Source: Candidatus Entotheonellaceae bacterium
Lineage (GTDB): Bacteria; Tectomicrobia; Entotheonellia; Entotheonellales; Entotheonellaceae
Direction of reading: 5' to 3'
Length of the DNA stretch: 64,000 nucleotides
Assembly (NCBI GenBank): GCA_965238075.1
Contig: OZ250173.1
Span: 1,472,001-1,536,000 of the forward strand
Shown here piece by piece: positions 11,037 to 22,553 of this stretch. The translations under genes and the position numbers were made by a program. Position 1 is the first letter of the stretch, and each line of letters begins with the position of its first letter. The notes under the pieces are model-generated. The model did not search any database and was not told the DNA's origin. It worked only from the letters and a program-made list of their open reading frames with translations.

Positions 11037-11068
11037 CAAGCCTGCCTTGCCATGCCACGGAGCGGTGT

Positions 11069-11866
11069 ATGCCCTTCGTCGACACCCACTGCCATCTTGA
11101 TGACCCCGCCTATGCCGACCTCGCCGCCGTCTGCCGCCAGTCCGAGCAAGCCGGGGTGGCGGTGACCGTTGCAGCGGGCACCGGGCTGGCTTCCAATCGC
11201 AGCATTTTGGCCTTGCAACAGCAACGACCGGCGCGTGTATGGGCGGCTTTGGGCTTGCACCCGGAGCGCACCGATGCGTCCTGGACAGAGGTAGAAGCGG
11301 TGCTCGACCAGTTGCGGGCGCACCGCGACCGGGTGGTGGCCTTGGGCGAAGTCGGCCTGCCGCACTACGCCCTGCTGGACCGCTCCATGACGGCCGAGCA
11401 GGCACGGCGGCACGAAGCCTTTCTGCACGCCTTGGTGAAGGGCGCCGTGGCGTTGGGTCTACCGGTCGTCCTGCACGCGCCGCACGCCGCTGCCGACAAG
11501 GCTCTGGCCATCGTGCGACGCTACGAGCCGTCCGGCGCCGTGTTTCACTGGCACAAGGGCAGCCCGGGGACGACCGCGGCCATCTGCGAGGCGGGTTACT
11601 TTGTGTCCGTGACGCCGGAAGTCTGCTATCGGGAGCGCGACCGTGAGCTGGTGCGGGTGACGCCGCTTCGCAACCTGCTGCTGGAGAGCGACGGCCCCTG
11701 GCCATACGGCGGCGAGTTCGCCGGCCAACCCACGACGCCGGCCATGGTCGTACGCCTCGCCGCGGAGGTGGCGCGCCTCAAAGGCGTGTCGCTGGATGAG
11801 GTGCGGGAGGAGGTATGGCAAAACGCCCAGCGCCTCTTTGGCTGCGGCGAGCCAAGATTTGGTTAG
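11069..11866 (+). CDS. tatD: TatD family nuclease
   Basis: DTHCHL, GLHP, LGEVGL, VLH, HW and LLLESDGP motifs. Confidence 0.92.
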   Translation: MPFVDTHCHLDDPAYADLAAVCRQSEQAGVAVTVAAGTGLASNRSILALQQQRPARVWAALGLHPERTDASWTEVEAVLDQLRAHRDRVVALGEVGLPHYALLDRSMTAEQARRHEAFLHALVKGAVALGLPVVLHAPHAAADKALAIVRRYEPSGAVFHWHKGSPGTTAAICEAGYFVSVTPEVCYRERDRELVRVTPLRNLLLESDGPWPYGGEFAGQPTTPAMVVRLAAEVARLKGVSLDEVREEVWQNAQRLFGCGEPRFG

Positions 11867-12102
11867 GCCCTCTCACTGATTTCGGCGGGTGCCCCATCCT
11901 GTTCGTGGTGCGGACGGACGGCGGTTAGTTCTGGGCGGTAAGTTCGGAACTGCGGTATCGGATCTGAACTTGGGGCTGTGGGGCGCGCTTTTCAGTCCTG
12001 CCTTTGCCACAACTTTCGCAGCGGAAGTTTATCTCTTTCCTGTAGCGCGAAGGGAATTTACCGAGTGAAACCGCGAACGGGCCGTCCGGCTCCGTACTTG
12101 AC

Positions 12103-12245
12103 ACGGAGACGGCAGCAGCGGGTTTTCGCACCTGGCTTGCAGCGACCCCGATGGTGATGGAGAACGCATCGCCGCAATCTACCAAAAAGGTGGGACGTAG
12201 AAACCTATCACAAGACGCTCAAGAGCCATGCAGCGCTTGCCAAAA
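12103..12245 (+). mobile_element. Degraded IS4/IS701-family transposase fragment
   Basis: Reads DGSSGFSHLACSD...IAAIYQK, then after a frameshift in an A-run WDVETYHKTLKSHAALAK, matching the Y..RW.VE.YHK.LK DDE signature. Confidence 0.65.
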
Positions 12246-12480
12246 TATGTCCTGAACTTGACTTCAGGGTTGCCAACGAAGACAGTACAGACGCAGGGCA
12301 ATCATTCTCACGGTTCATGGCCGAAATAGCCCTCATCCAATGTTTAACAGGGGAGTGATCCGGTCCCTCGACGAACGCCAACTCTTTTGCTATGCTCTGC
12401 GCCCATCATTCCGAAATCGCGGTTTCCGCTGGACCTCCAAACAGCGTTCTGATTCCTTCAGGGATAGGAAAATCATAGAC

Positions 12481-13881
12481 ATGCGGCGCGTGATATTTTG
12501 TCAGGAGCAGATGTTTCTGGCGCAGGGATGCCTTGCGCTTTCAGACGACGATACGGTGCTTTACGTGGTGGATGACAAAGCTTTCGAAAGCCGCCTTGCC
12601 GAGGCGGGATACGACGCGCTGTGTGGTGACTTTCGCGATCCGCGCATTTATAAAAACGCCCACATCGGGCAGGACGATCAAATTCTCGTGCAGGTGCAGG
12701 ACGAGGCGTTGATGGGGGACATTGTCGACAACTTATGCCGCATTGCCAAACCCCCGTCGGTGGCCGTAGTTACGGCCAACGGCGCCTCCCCAATCCTGCC
12801 CCCCAGCGTCAAGCACATCTCGGTCGGACGCCTCCTCTGCCAAGACTCCCAGCTCAAACTGCAGCACGCCCGTGAGCACCAAAACGTGCAGCACTTGCGG
12901 GAAGCCCTGTGCGAGGCCGACGACCTGCTGATTCTCATCCAGCACGACCCGGACCCCGATGCCATCGCCAGCGCCATGGCCCTGCGCACCCTTCTCGGAC
13001 GCAACCGCAAGACCGCCGCTATTGGCTCCTTTGGCAAGGTGACGCGGCCCGAAAACGTCGCCATGGTGCAGTTGCTCAACGTCAAGATCGAGCACGTCAC
13101 CGCCAAATCGATCGGCAGGTACGACGCCATTGCCATGGTAGACGTGCAGCCGCCTTACTTCGGCGACATTGTTCTGCCGCGTGTCGATGCCGTGGTCGAT
13201 CACCATCCGTGTGTGGGTAACTACGCCACCCGCTATCGCGACGTGCGAGCGGCCTTTGGCGCCACCGCCACCATCTTCGTGCGCTACCTGCAAGCGGTCG
13301 AGGCCAAAATTACCCAGCGCTTGGCCACGGCCCTGTATTACGGCATCAAGACCGACACCCTTTTCCTCGGACGCGAGACCACCAAGGCTGATATCGAGGC
13401 GTTCGCCCACCTGTATCCGCTTGCCAATCACGCGCTCATTCGCCGCATGCAGCGTCCCAAATTGCCGCTGCGCGATGTCGATGCCTTCGCCTATGCGCTG
13501 CGCAGCCGCACGGTCATCGGCCCTGTCTTTTTCACGCACCTCGGCATTGTCGAACGCGAGGACGTTCTGCCGCAGTTTGCCGAGTTTTGCTTGCACGTGG
13601 GCGGGGTGGAGTGGTCGGTGGTGTCGGGCATTTTCGGCGGCAATCTGATCGTCTCGGTGCGCAACGTGGAAAACGTCAAAAGCGCCGGTGAATTGGTACG
13701 CCACGCCTTTGGGCACCTCGGCAGCGCCGGCGGCCACCGCTCCATGGCCAAAGCCGTCATCCCCCTGGCCAATCTAGAACAGGCATTCGGCCGCCTCAGC
13801 GACGTCGAACTCAGCCAGTTCATTCAGCAGGAGGTCTCGCAACATCTCGGTGTCGGGACCCCCACCGCCGTTTTCGCCTGA
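12481..13881 (+). CDS. DHH/DHHA1 phosphoesterase with N-terminal TrkA-N-like domain
   Basis: HDPDPDAIASA, VDHHP, GATATI, GIKTDT, GSAGGH; N-terminal RCK-like segment (LAEAGYDALCGDFRDP). Confidence 0.88.
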   Translation: MRRVIFCQEQMFLAQGCLALSDDDTVLYVVDDKAFESRLAEAGYDALCGDFRDPRIYKNAHIGQDDQILVQVQDEALMGDIVDNLCRIAKPPSVAVVTANGASPILPPSVKHISVGRLLCQDSQLKLQHAREHQNVQHLREALCEADDLLILIQHDPDPDAIASAMALRTLLGRNRKTAAIGSFGKVTRPENVAMVQLLNVKIEHVTAKSIGRYDAIAMVDVQPPYFGDIVLPRVDAVVDHHPCVGNYATRYRDVRAAFGATATIFVRYLQAVEAKITQRLATALYYGIKTDTLFLGRETTKADIEAFAHLYPLANHALIRRMQRPKLPLRDVDAFAYALRSRTVIGPVFFTHLGIVEREDVLPQFAEFCLHVGGVEWSVVSGIFGGNLIVSVRNVENVKSAGELVRHAFGHLGSAGGHRSMAKAVIPLANLEQAFGRLSDVELSQFIQQEVSQHLGVGTPTAVFA

Positions 13882-13894
13882 AACGCCGCCCGAC

Positions 13895-14824
13895 CTACTC
13901 CGGTATTACCCGCAACAACGCCTTGACGACTGCCGCCGAGTTACCCGCCGCCAGACCGAGAAAAACCTCGATCTCGCCTTGTCCGCCGCCTGCCAAATCG
14001 GACAGGCGGCGGACGGCGATGAACGGCACGTTGTTCGCATAGGCCACGTGCGCCACGGCGGCATTTTCCATGTCCAACACACGGGCGCCAAACGTCTTGA
14101 ACGTGTACTCGCGAAACGCCGCGTTGTCGATAAAGGCGCCCCCCGACACCCCAGGGCCGCCGATGACGGCCTTGGGCGGCCGCTGCAGACAGGCGCCGTC
14201 CGCCCGGCAACGGTCGAGCACGACATCCGCAACCACAGCGCGGGCATGGGCCAGCAGCGCATCATCCACCGGAAACCAGAAGCGCGTCTCGGGCGCCTCG
14301 GCGCTGGCCCGCTGCACCGTGACCGAGCGCGGGAACATCGTGCCGAAATTGGCGAACGGGTAGTCGAAGAACGGTGGCTTGGCCCACCCGCCCTCGACCT
14401 CCCGAGCAAAGAGCACCTCAAGATACTGGCCCCAACGATCGGCGATCACCACGTCGCCGATGTGCAACGCCGGATCAACGCCGCCCGCAATGCCCGAGAA
14501 AACGATCCGGTCGATCGTGAAGTGGTCCAAGGCCAGCTGCACCGTCATCGCCGCGTTGACTACGCTGATGCCGCTCAGGAACAGCACGACGCTTTGTCCT
14601 TCCAGAGTCCCGGCGACAAATTCGACGCCGTTGATCGAATGCACCGTTTCGCTGTCCAACTCCCCCCGCAGCACCGACATCTCCGGCGCAAAGGCGGACA
14701 CCACGGCGATCCGGCGGACATCATCCTGCCTGTCGTGCGCCACCGCCGGTAGCGCCCAACCGGCTAATACCAACGCCACAATGACCAAGCCGCCGGTCAG
14801 CGCCCGTACCCTCCATTCCGTCAT
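13895..14824 (-). CDS. MTA/SAH nucleosidase (PNP_UDP family) with signal peptide
   Basis: SAF.PE, LSGISVVNAA, FSGIAGG, DMENAAVAHVA, R.LSDLAGG; hydrophobic N-terminal leader. Confidence 0.88.
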   Translation of the reverse strand: MTEWRVRALTGGLVIVALVLAGWALPAVAHDRQDDVRRIAVVSAFAPEMSVLRGELDSETVHSINGVEFVAGTLEGQSVVLFLSGISVVNAAMTVQLALDHFTIDRIVFSGIAGGVDPALHIGDVVIADRWGQYLEVLFAREVEGGWAKPPFFDYPFANFGTMFPRSVTVQRASAEAPETRFWFPVDDALLAHARAVVADVVLDRCRADGACLQRPPKAVIGGPGVSGGAFIDNAAFREYTFKTFGARVLDMENAAVAHVAYANNVPFIAVRRLSDLAGGGQGEIEVFLGLAAGNSAAVVKALLRVIPE

Positions 14825-14841
14825 TGTCGCCTCCTTTTGCA

Positions 14842-15696
14842 TTACCCTAGGGCCGCCAGCACGGCGGGCAGCGCCAGAACCGCTTCCTGCAGACAAGCGC
14901 GCAGGCGCGCGATATTCGCCTCGTCTTTGGCGGGGACCTCGCCGCGCGACACCTGGGCGATGAATTCCTGCCGCGGGGTCGTCATCAGCAGGGAAGCATT
15001 GATTTCCAACTGAACGGCGTGCTGCCGGTCGCCGATTGGCTTCCCATAGGTCACCACCAGATTGCCGCCCGTATACCCGCTGACGTTGTGATGCACCTCG
15101 AAGCCATGGCGCGTGAAGATGGTTGCGATGGGTTCTACCAAGGCCTCGTCGCACGTCGCGCCCCGCCGGGTTCCAATGATGATCTCGTAATCTTTCATGC
15201 GCCGCGGGCTGCCCGTGTGCCCGTCGATGAGCAGGGCGTATCCGTAGGCGGCGCGAATCTCGCCGAGCAGACGTTCGAGCGTGGCGTAATACGGGTCGTA
15301 ATAGGTCTTCAGGCGGGCTTCAAGCTGCTCCGGCGTGAGCGGCTTGGCAAAAATGGGCGCGTCGCGGATGGTATGCGTGCGAACCACGCCGCGATGCGAA
15401 CGAACTGCGTCGCCCTGCATCTCGAAATCGTTGCGGCGGCGGTTCACGTCCACAAAGATGCGCGACAGCGGCGTTGCCAGCACGGTAGCGCCCTGCTGGT
15501 GCAGGTCGGCGTAGAGGTCGCCGACGAAGGTATCGGCGAATCCGTAAACGAAGGTTTCAAACCAGGGTTCGCAGTAATCTTCGGCCGTCATGCCGGGCAG
15601 GGGTTGCGTGCCGAAGTGGGGAATGCTCACCAGGATGGGGCTGCGGGCCGGCCCGGCGGCATCGGGACATTTGACGATGGGAAACGCCTGCGTCAT
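14842..15696 (-). CDS. N-formylglutamate amidohydrolase (FGase/HutG-like)
   Basis: PILVSIPH.G, SR.FVDVNR, YYDPYY, LLIDGH, Y.GG, HAVQLEIN. Confidence 0.85.
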   Translation of the reverse strand: MTQAFPIVKCPDAAGPARSPILVSIPHFGTQPLPGMTAEDYCEPWFETFVYGFADTFVGDLYADLHQQGATVLATPLSRIFVDVNRRRNDFEMQGDAVRSHRGVVRTHTIRDAPIFAKPLTPEQLEARLKTYYDPYYATLERLLGEIRAAYGYALLIDGHTGSPRRMKDYEIIIGTRRGATCDEALVEPIATIFTRHGFEVHHNVSGYTGGNLVVTYGKPIGDRQHAVQLEINASLLMTTPRQEFIAQVSRGEVPAKDEANIARLRACLQEAVLALPAVLAALG

Positions 15697-17063
15697 CGGG
15701 CTTCCCGCAGGACCGGGATGGCGTGCGCGCCGTCGCGAATGAGCCCCAGGCGCGGCGGCCGGCCGAGGCGCTGTTGCCACGCCGCAACCGTTCGTTGGAT
15801 GGCTTTTTCAACCATCGGCCCCAGCGCGCTTTGGCCGCTGTAGGCGTATCCCGAGGTGAGGGGGAGTTTTTCAAGATCGCCGGCGCTGATGCCGTTTGTG
15901 CAGTAGATCAGCCCCGCCGGGCCGCCGACTTTCTCCAGCACCTTGCACCACATTTCCACTTCCCACTGATCCTTCTGCACGCTCGGGCGCTTGAACAACG
16001 CCGCGATGTAGTCGCGCGGGCACGGCAGGCTGCTCAGCAGGGCGAGTTCGTGCATGTATTCCACAGCACCGACGCCGTCGCTGCTGTTGGCCACCTGGAT
16101 GAGGGTGCCGCCGTCGACCAGGATGGGCAGGGCGCCGATGGCGGCCTTGGCGGCCTGGTAGTGATCAATGGTGGAATCAATGGTGATGAGCACCTCATAG
16201 GGCGCCGCGACCGGCACGCTGACGGCCTCGGCCAAGGATTCGGTGGCGCGCTCGAAGGCGAGCCGCCAGTCACCGGCGTACACGCCCGTCAGTTCCTTTT
16301 CCTCGTTCATGGTGACGTTGATGAGGAAATCGGCACCGACGCGCTGCGCCACCTCGGAGGCTTCGCGGTGGCAGGGATTGGCGTTGAGGCTCAGGTTGGT
16401 GGCGCCGGGGTCTTCCAGGAATTGCGGGCTATGGAATTTCTGCAGCGTTTCCAGGTTGGCCAAGCCGGGACAGATGGCCTTGCGGCCGCCCGAAAATCCG
16501 GCCATGAAGTGGGGTTTGATCTCGCCGGTGAGGATTTTGATATCGGCGTCGAGATAAAGTTTGTGAATCAGCACCTCGGTGCCGCTAGCCGTGGTGCCCA
16601 CGGTGCGCAGGGCGTCGCGGTCCGTCGCGCTGTGATCGAGAATCGGGTAGCGGGCTAGCACGTCGTCGCCGTACAGGCGGCATTTCTCGGCGTCGGTGGT
16701 GGCGCGGTGCGTGCCGGTAGCCACCAGCACGACAATGTTCTCCGGCAGCAGGCCCTGCGCTTCGAGGCTGCGGAGCACCGGGTGCAGGATGCTCGCTTTG
16801 CCGGTGTACGGAACGTCGGGCCGCGTCATGTCGGAAACAACCACGACGGCCGTGCGCTGCGCGGGTGCCTTATCGGGACGGGCAGCCTGGATGACGTCGG
16901 CCAGCGGCGCGGTACCGATGGGGGCGGCGAGTGCTTGGGCGATGGCACCGGCCGGGTCGGCCAGCGCGGCGGACGGTTGCGGCGCAGTGAGGATGTCCGT
17001 GCCTGCCGGCACTTCAAACGACACCGCCGGAACATCGATCTCCAAACGACAGGGGCCGGTCAT
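15693..17063 (-). CDS. larA: Nickel-pincer-dependent lactate racemase family protein (LarA homolog)
   Basis: VVVSDMTRP, ATGTHR, PHFMAGFSGGRKAICPG (Lys for NPN attachment), DQW. Confidence 0.88.
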   Translation of the reverse strand: MTGPCRLEIDVPAVSFEVPAGTDILTAPQPSAALADPAGAIAQALAAPIGTAPLADVIQAARPDKAPAQRTAVVVVSDMTRPDVPYTGKASILHPVLRSLEAQGLLPENIVVLVATGTHRATTDAEKCRLYGDDVLARYPILDHSATDRDALRTVGTTASGTEVLIHKLYLDADIKILTGEIKPHFMAGFSGGRKAICPGLANLETLQKFHSPQFLEDPGATNLSLNANPCHREASEVAQRVGADFLINVTMNEEKELTGVYAGDWRLAFERATESLAEAVSVPVAAPYEVLITIDSTIDHYQAAKAAIGALPILVDGGTLIQVANSSDGVGAVEYMHELALLSSLPCPRDYIAALFKRPSVQKDQWEVEMWCKVLEKVGGPAGLIYCTNGISAGDLEKLPLTSGYAYSGQSALGPMVEKAIQRTVAAWQQRLGRPPRLGLIRDGAHAIPVLREAR

Positions 17064-17293
17064 ACCATCCCTCCTCTTGAGCCCGGAAAAACGCGCCCGC
17101 GACGGGCATTCAACGCAGCTGTCAGGGTGCTCGTTGTACCGACGGAACTCGCTTTTGTCAAGGCGACAGGCGCCGTCGGCGGCTTGACACGCCAACGCCG
17201 AGCGCCGTATGCTGCCGCACCGTTTCGCGGCACGGCCTGCTTGATTCCCACCGATGAAAGCCAACCGGACCAACACGATCAAAACCCAAGCCA

Positions 17294-18181
17294 GTGAGGT
17301 GCCCTTTGGATACGCTGACGAGCGTCATCGTTGCGAACGAACACATTTACGGCGTCGCCGCCGTCACGACGGCGCTGGTTGAGAAGGCCAGAGGCATTCA
17401 TGGCGCCTCGCCGACCGCGGCGGCGGCGCTGGGCCGGCTGCTGACGGGCGGCGCGTTGATGGGTTCGTTGCTGAAAGACGCCGCGCATCGCGTGACGCTA
17501 CAGGTGAGCAGCAAAGGGCCGGTGCGGAGCATTCTGGTTGAGGCAAATGGGGTGGGACAGGTGCGAGGCTACCTGGGGCAGCCCGCCATCAACGTGCCGT
17601 CACGCAACGGCAAGCTCGACGTCAGAGGCGCGGTGGGCAAGGGCATCCTGCACGTCATCCGGGAAACCGGCGCCTCCGAACCGTACAGCGGCACCGTGCC
17701 GTTAGCGTCCGGCGAGATCGCCGAGGATCTGGCGTCGTACTTTGTCCAGTCCGAGCAAATCCCCACCGCCGTATCCCTGGGCGTGTTCGTCACCCCCGAT
17801 CACACCGTGGCCGCCGCTGGCGGCTTCCTGGTGCAATTTCATGCCAGCATCGACGACGATCTGGTTGTTCACGTCGAGCAGGCCCTCGGCGCCGTGCCGC
17901 CCGTCACCACCCTCGTGCGCGAGGGATACGGCCCGCAAGACATCCTGCATCGCGCCGTCGGCGGCCTCGACCTTGAAGTCGTCAAACACGCCGCCCCCGC
18001 CTGGCACTGCGGCTGCTCCCAGGACCGCGTGGTTCGCGCCCTCCTCGCCTTGGGCCCGCAGCAACTCAGCCAACTCATCAGCGAACAGCCCGAAACCCAG
18101 GTGCGGTGCGAGTTTTGCGCCACCGAGTACACGTTTTCCCAGCAGGAATTGTCACAAATGATGGCGGACGCGATGGCGTGA
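17294..18181 (+). CDS. hslO: Hsp33 redox-regulated chaperone
   Basis: SPTAAAALGRLLT, SGEIAEDL..YF..SEQIP, CGCS...CEFC zinc motif. Confidence 0.95.
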   Translation: MRCPLDTLTSVIVANEHIYGVAAVTTALVEKARGIHGASPTAAAALGRLLTGGALMGSLLKDAAHRVTLQVSSKGPVRSILVEANGVGQVRGYLGQPAINVPSRNGKLDVRGAVGKGILHVIRETGASEPYSGTVPLASGEIAEDLASYFVQSEQIPTAVSLGVFVTPDHTVAAAGGFLVQFHASIDDDLVVHVEQALGAVPPVTTLVREGYGPQDILHRAVGGLDLEVVKHAAPAWHCGCSQDRVVRALLALGPQQLSQLISEQPETQVRCEFCATEYTFSQQELSQMMADAMA

Positions 18182-18192
18182 GAGCGGAGCGC

Positions 18193-19233
18193 TCAGGGTT
18201 CTACAGGTGCGATCATCTGCTCAGGGTCCGCGCTTGGAGCGGCAATTTGCAGGCCGGCCAGGCCACCAGCGACCCTGCCAAGGTGCGCGCGCAACTCGCT
18301 GCGGGAATTGTCGATCATCGTTAAGGCGCGAGAAAAGCGCCCATCCAGTTCCGCCTGCATGGACGCGATGCCGTCCTCAATGCTGCGCAGGCAGGCGTCG
18401 AGTTTCTGGGTGTCGACCGTCTGTGTCGACCGCAGCACGGTTTGAAAGACGAGCAGCAGGTAGGGCACGACCATACTGTAGCTGACCAGTGCGACGTTCC
18501 ACTGGAAAACATCGATCTGTACGCGGGTGCACAACTCGTAGACCGCATCGGGCACAGCGGCGATGCCGAAATTCACGGTCACGTTCGGGTCGATGTATTT
18601 TCTGACCTCCCTGGCCTTGTCCCGGACTGCGGATTCGATACGAGTCTTGATCTTCTGGCGCTCGTCCGGGTCTTCCGCAGCCAGGAATCGCTCAATGAGG
18701 TGCGTGGCCGGCCACTTGCTGTCGATGGGCAGCACGAGCCGGTTGGGCAGGCGCAGCCCGAACTCGACCGATTTGTTGCCCACCTGAAAATCCCGCACCT
18801 GCCACTCTGCCGGCAAGCGCGCGAACAGGGTTTCGAGGATGTTTTCCCCGGCGGCGCCCTTGCTTTGCGTACCGGCGATGACGGCTTCGAGCCGCTTGAT
18901 GGACTCGGCCGTCTGTTCCTCCAACCCCTGCCGGGCGTGGCTGTGCGTCTGAAGCTGGGCAACCCCCTCCTTGGCGCGCAAGAGTTGGTCGTGAATGACT
19001 GTTGTCGCGCTCATCAGCCGCGCCGTGGCGGAGTCTGTCTTGGCCATCCCGGTCCGCAGGTCGCCAATGCCCTGATCTACGCGGACCTGATTGTGCGCCA
19101 TGCCCGACACCCGCTCGTTCACCCCGCGCAGTTCGAGCTGGACGTTGTGCAGCGCCTTCAACACGACCCACAGAACTGCCAGCAGCACCACGATCACCGC
19201 GAGCAGTCCAAACCCAAGCAGCGTCCCGTTCAT
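18193..19233 (-). CDS. rmuC: DNA recombination protein RmuC family
   Basis: N-terminal TM helix plus coiled coil, KGAAGE.IL, LPIDSKWP, KYIDP. Confidence 0.82.
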   Translation of the reverse strand: MNGTLLGFGLLAVIVVLLAVLWVVLKALHNVQLELRGVNERVSGMAHNQVRVDQGIGDLRTGMAKTDSATARLMSATTVIHDQLLRAKEGVAQLQTHSHARQGLEEQTAESIKRLEAVIAGTQSKGAAGENILETLFARLPAEWQVRDFQVGNKSVEFGLRLPNRLVLPIDSKWPATHLIERFLAAEDPDERQKIKTRIESAVRDKAREVRKYIDPNVTVNFGIAAVPDAVYELCTRVQIDVFQWNVALVSYSMVVPYLLLVFQTVLRSTQTVDTQKLDACLRSIEDGIASMQAELDGRFSRALTMIDNSRSELRAHLGRVAGGLAGLQIAAPSADPEQMIAPVEP

Positions 19234-19264
19234 GGGCACGTCCTTTCGTCAGATCAACATGTCA

Positions 19265-19888
19265 TCACGTTGGCCGGATGTTCCACTGTTCGACCGCCCA
19301 TTGGCTGCCTCGCACGCGCAGGAAGCATAAGGCGCCCGTGGCAATCTTGATGCTGTGCTCACGCCTGAAACCCTCAAAATCGCCTGACAAATGCGGCGCA
19401 AAGCGGGCAATGCCGTTACTGGTCACGACGAGAGCCGTCCGGCCGCTGAAGGATTGGCGGCAGGTATCCCCAAAGGCCAGCCAGTCGTCGATGATCGCCT
19501 GTGGGTCGGCCCGCCAGCCGGGCGGCACCTTGGCGTGTTCGTTCCAGTCGCGGAGGGCCTGGTCGCCGATTCTGGCAACGACGGTGGACTCGGGCTGGTT
19601 CTCATCGGGGCCGTAGTCGATCTCGTTGAAACGTGCGTCGATGGTAATGGGCAGGTCGCATCCCAGAGCTTCCACGGCCAGCCGGGCGGTGTCGTAAGAG
19701 CGTTGCAGCGGCGCGGCAAACACTACGTCGGGCACCAATTGGTGGCGGCGCAGATAGTCGCCGATGCGCCTGGCTTGCGCCTCGCCGCTTGCCACGAGCG
19801 GCAGGTCGGTACGCCGGCCGACCCGTCTTGGGGTATCGCCGGGCGCGAAGGTGTTGCCGTGTCGGGCGATGATCAGGCGAGTGGTCAT
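19265..19888 (-). CDS. Histidine phosphatase family protein
   Basis: ARHGNT, PLQRS, FNEIDYG; second His motif reads VVTSNG. Confidence 0.85.
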   Translation of the reverse strand: MTTRLIIARHGNTFAPGDTPRRVGRRTDLPLVASGEAQARRIGDYLRRHQLVPDVVFAAPLQRSYDTARLAVEALGCDLPITIDARFNEIDYGPDENQPESTVVARIGDQALRDWNEHAKVPPGWRADPQAIIDDWLAFGDTCRQSFSGRTALVVTSNGIARFAPHLSGDFEGFRREHSIKIATGALCFLRVRGSQWAVEQWNIRPT

Positions 19889-19893
19889 GGAGG

Positions 19894-20709
19894 TCAGCCC
19901 GTCAGCAGCTCGCCGTGCCTGGCGATGAGTGCCTCGGCGCGGGCCACGTCCTCGGGGCTGTCCACACCGGACATGGCGGCGCGGCCTTGGTAATCAACCT
20001 GCACGACGCGAATGCCGTAGCCGTGCTCCAGAACCCGAAGCTGTTCAAGCCCTTCGAGTTGCTCATAGTACCCCGCCGACAGCGTGACGTAAGTTTCCAG
20101 CATCTTGCGGCTGTAGCCGTAAAGCCCGACGTGCCGCAGCACCGGGGACGAACCGCCCCGGCGCCGCAGCGCTTCCTCATTCCGCATGGCCGGGATGATC
20201 TGTTTGGAAAACCACCGCGCGTTGCCGTGTGGGTCCACAATCACGCAGGTGCCGCTGAACGGCGTCTCGCGCTTCTGGGCCCGCAACCGGTCCAGTTCCG
20301 GCCAGCCCAACCGCACCGCGGGCGTAACCACCTCAATTGCCGGGTCGGCCTCGAACGCCTGCAGCATAGCGGCGATGAAGTCGGGCGGCGTCAGCGGCGC
20401 ATCGCCCTGCAAATTGACGACCACGTCGTACGCCCGCGGCAGTTCCCTGAGCGCCGCCAGCGCGCGGTCCGTGCCGCTGGGACAGGACGCCGGCGTCATC
20501 ACCCACGGCGCCCCGATGTCCTCGCAATGCGCGCCGATGCGGGCGTCATCCGTCGCCACTACGAAGTCGATGTCGCCGTTGTCCCGCGCTGCGGCGCGGG
20601 CGATGCCGCACACCCGCGACAGCATCGTTCGTCCGGCGATGCGCGTCAGCGGCTTGCCCGGCAGGCGCGTTGATCCGTAGCGGGCGGGGATGATCAGAAT
20701 GGCTCGCAT
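19894..20709 (-). CDS. kdsB: 3-deoxy-manno-octulosonate cytidylyltransferase
   Basis: IIPARYGSTRLPGKPL, SGTDR, NLQGD, HVGLYGY, EGLEQLR, GVDSPED. Confidence 0.92.
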   Translation of the reverse strand: MRAILIIPARYGSTRLPGKPLTRIAGRTMLSRVCGIARAAARDNGDIDFVVATDDARIGAHCEDIGAPWVMTPASCPSGTDRALAALRELPRAYDVVVNLQGDAPLTPPDFIAAMLQAFEADPAIEVVTPAVRLGWPELDRLRAQKRETPFSGTCVIVDPHGNARWFSKQIIPAMRNEEALRRRGGSSPVLRHVGLYGYSRKMLETYVTLSAGYYEQLEGLEQLRVLEHGYGIRVVQVDYQGRAAMSGVDSPEDVARAEALIARHGELLTG

Positions 20710-20819
20710 GCGCGGCGTCCTTTGGCAGGTGAGAAGCGGGCGCGGCCCGTTGTCTGACGGGGCAGATATGCTACCATAACGACTTTATTCGCAGCGCGTC
20801 CCGGATCGAGAGGTAAACC

Positions 20820-22532
<1,713 letters not shown>

Positions 22533-22553
22533 TTCGTGATTGAGGAGTCCTTC

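Noticed and set aside
11925-12185. 86-aa ORF with CESC motif
   Set aside because: Has a single CxxC and partly overlaps the transposase relic on the opposite strand.
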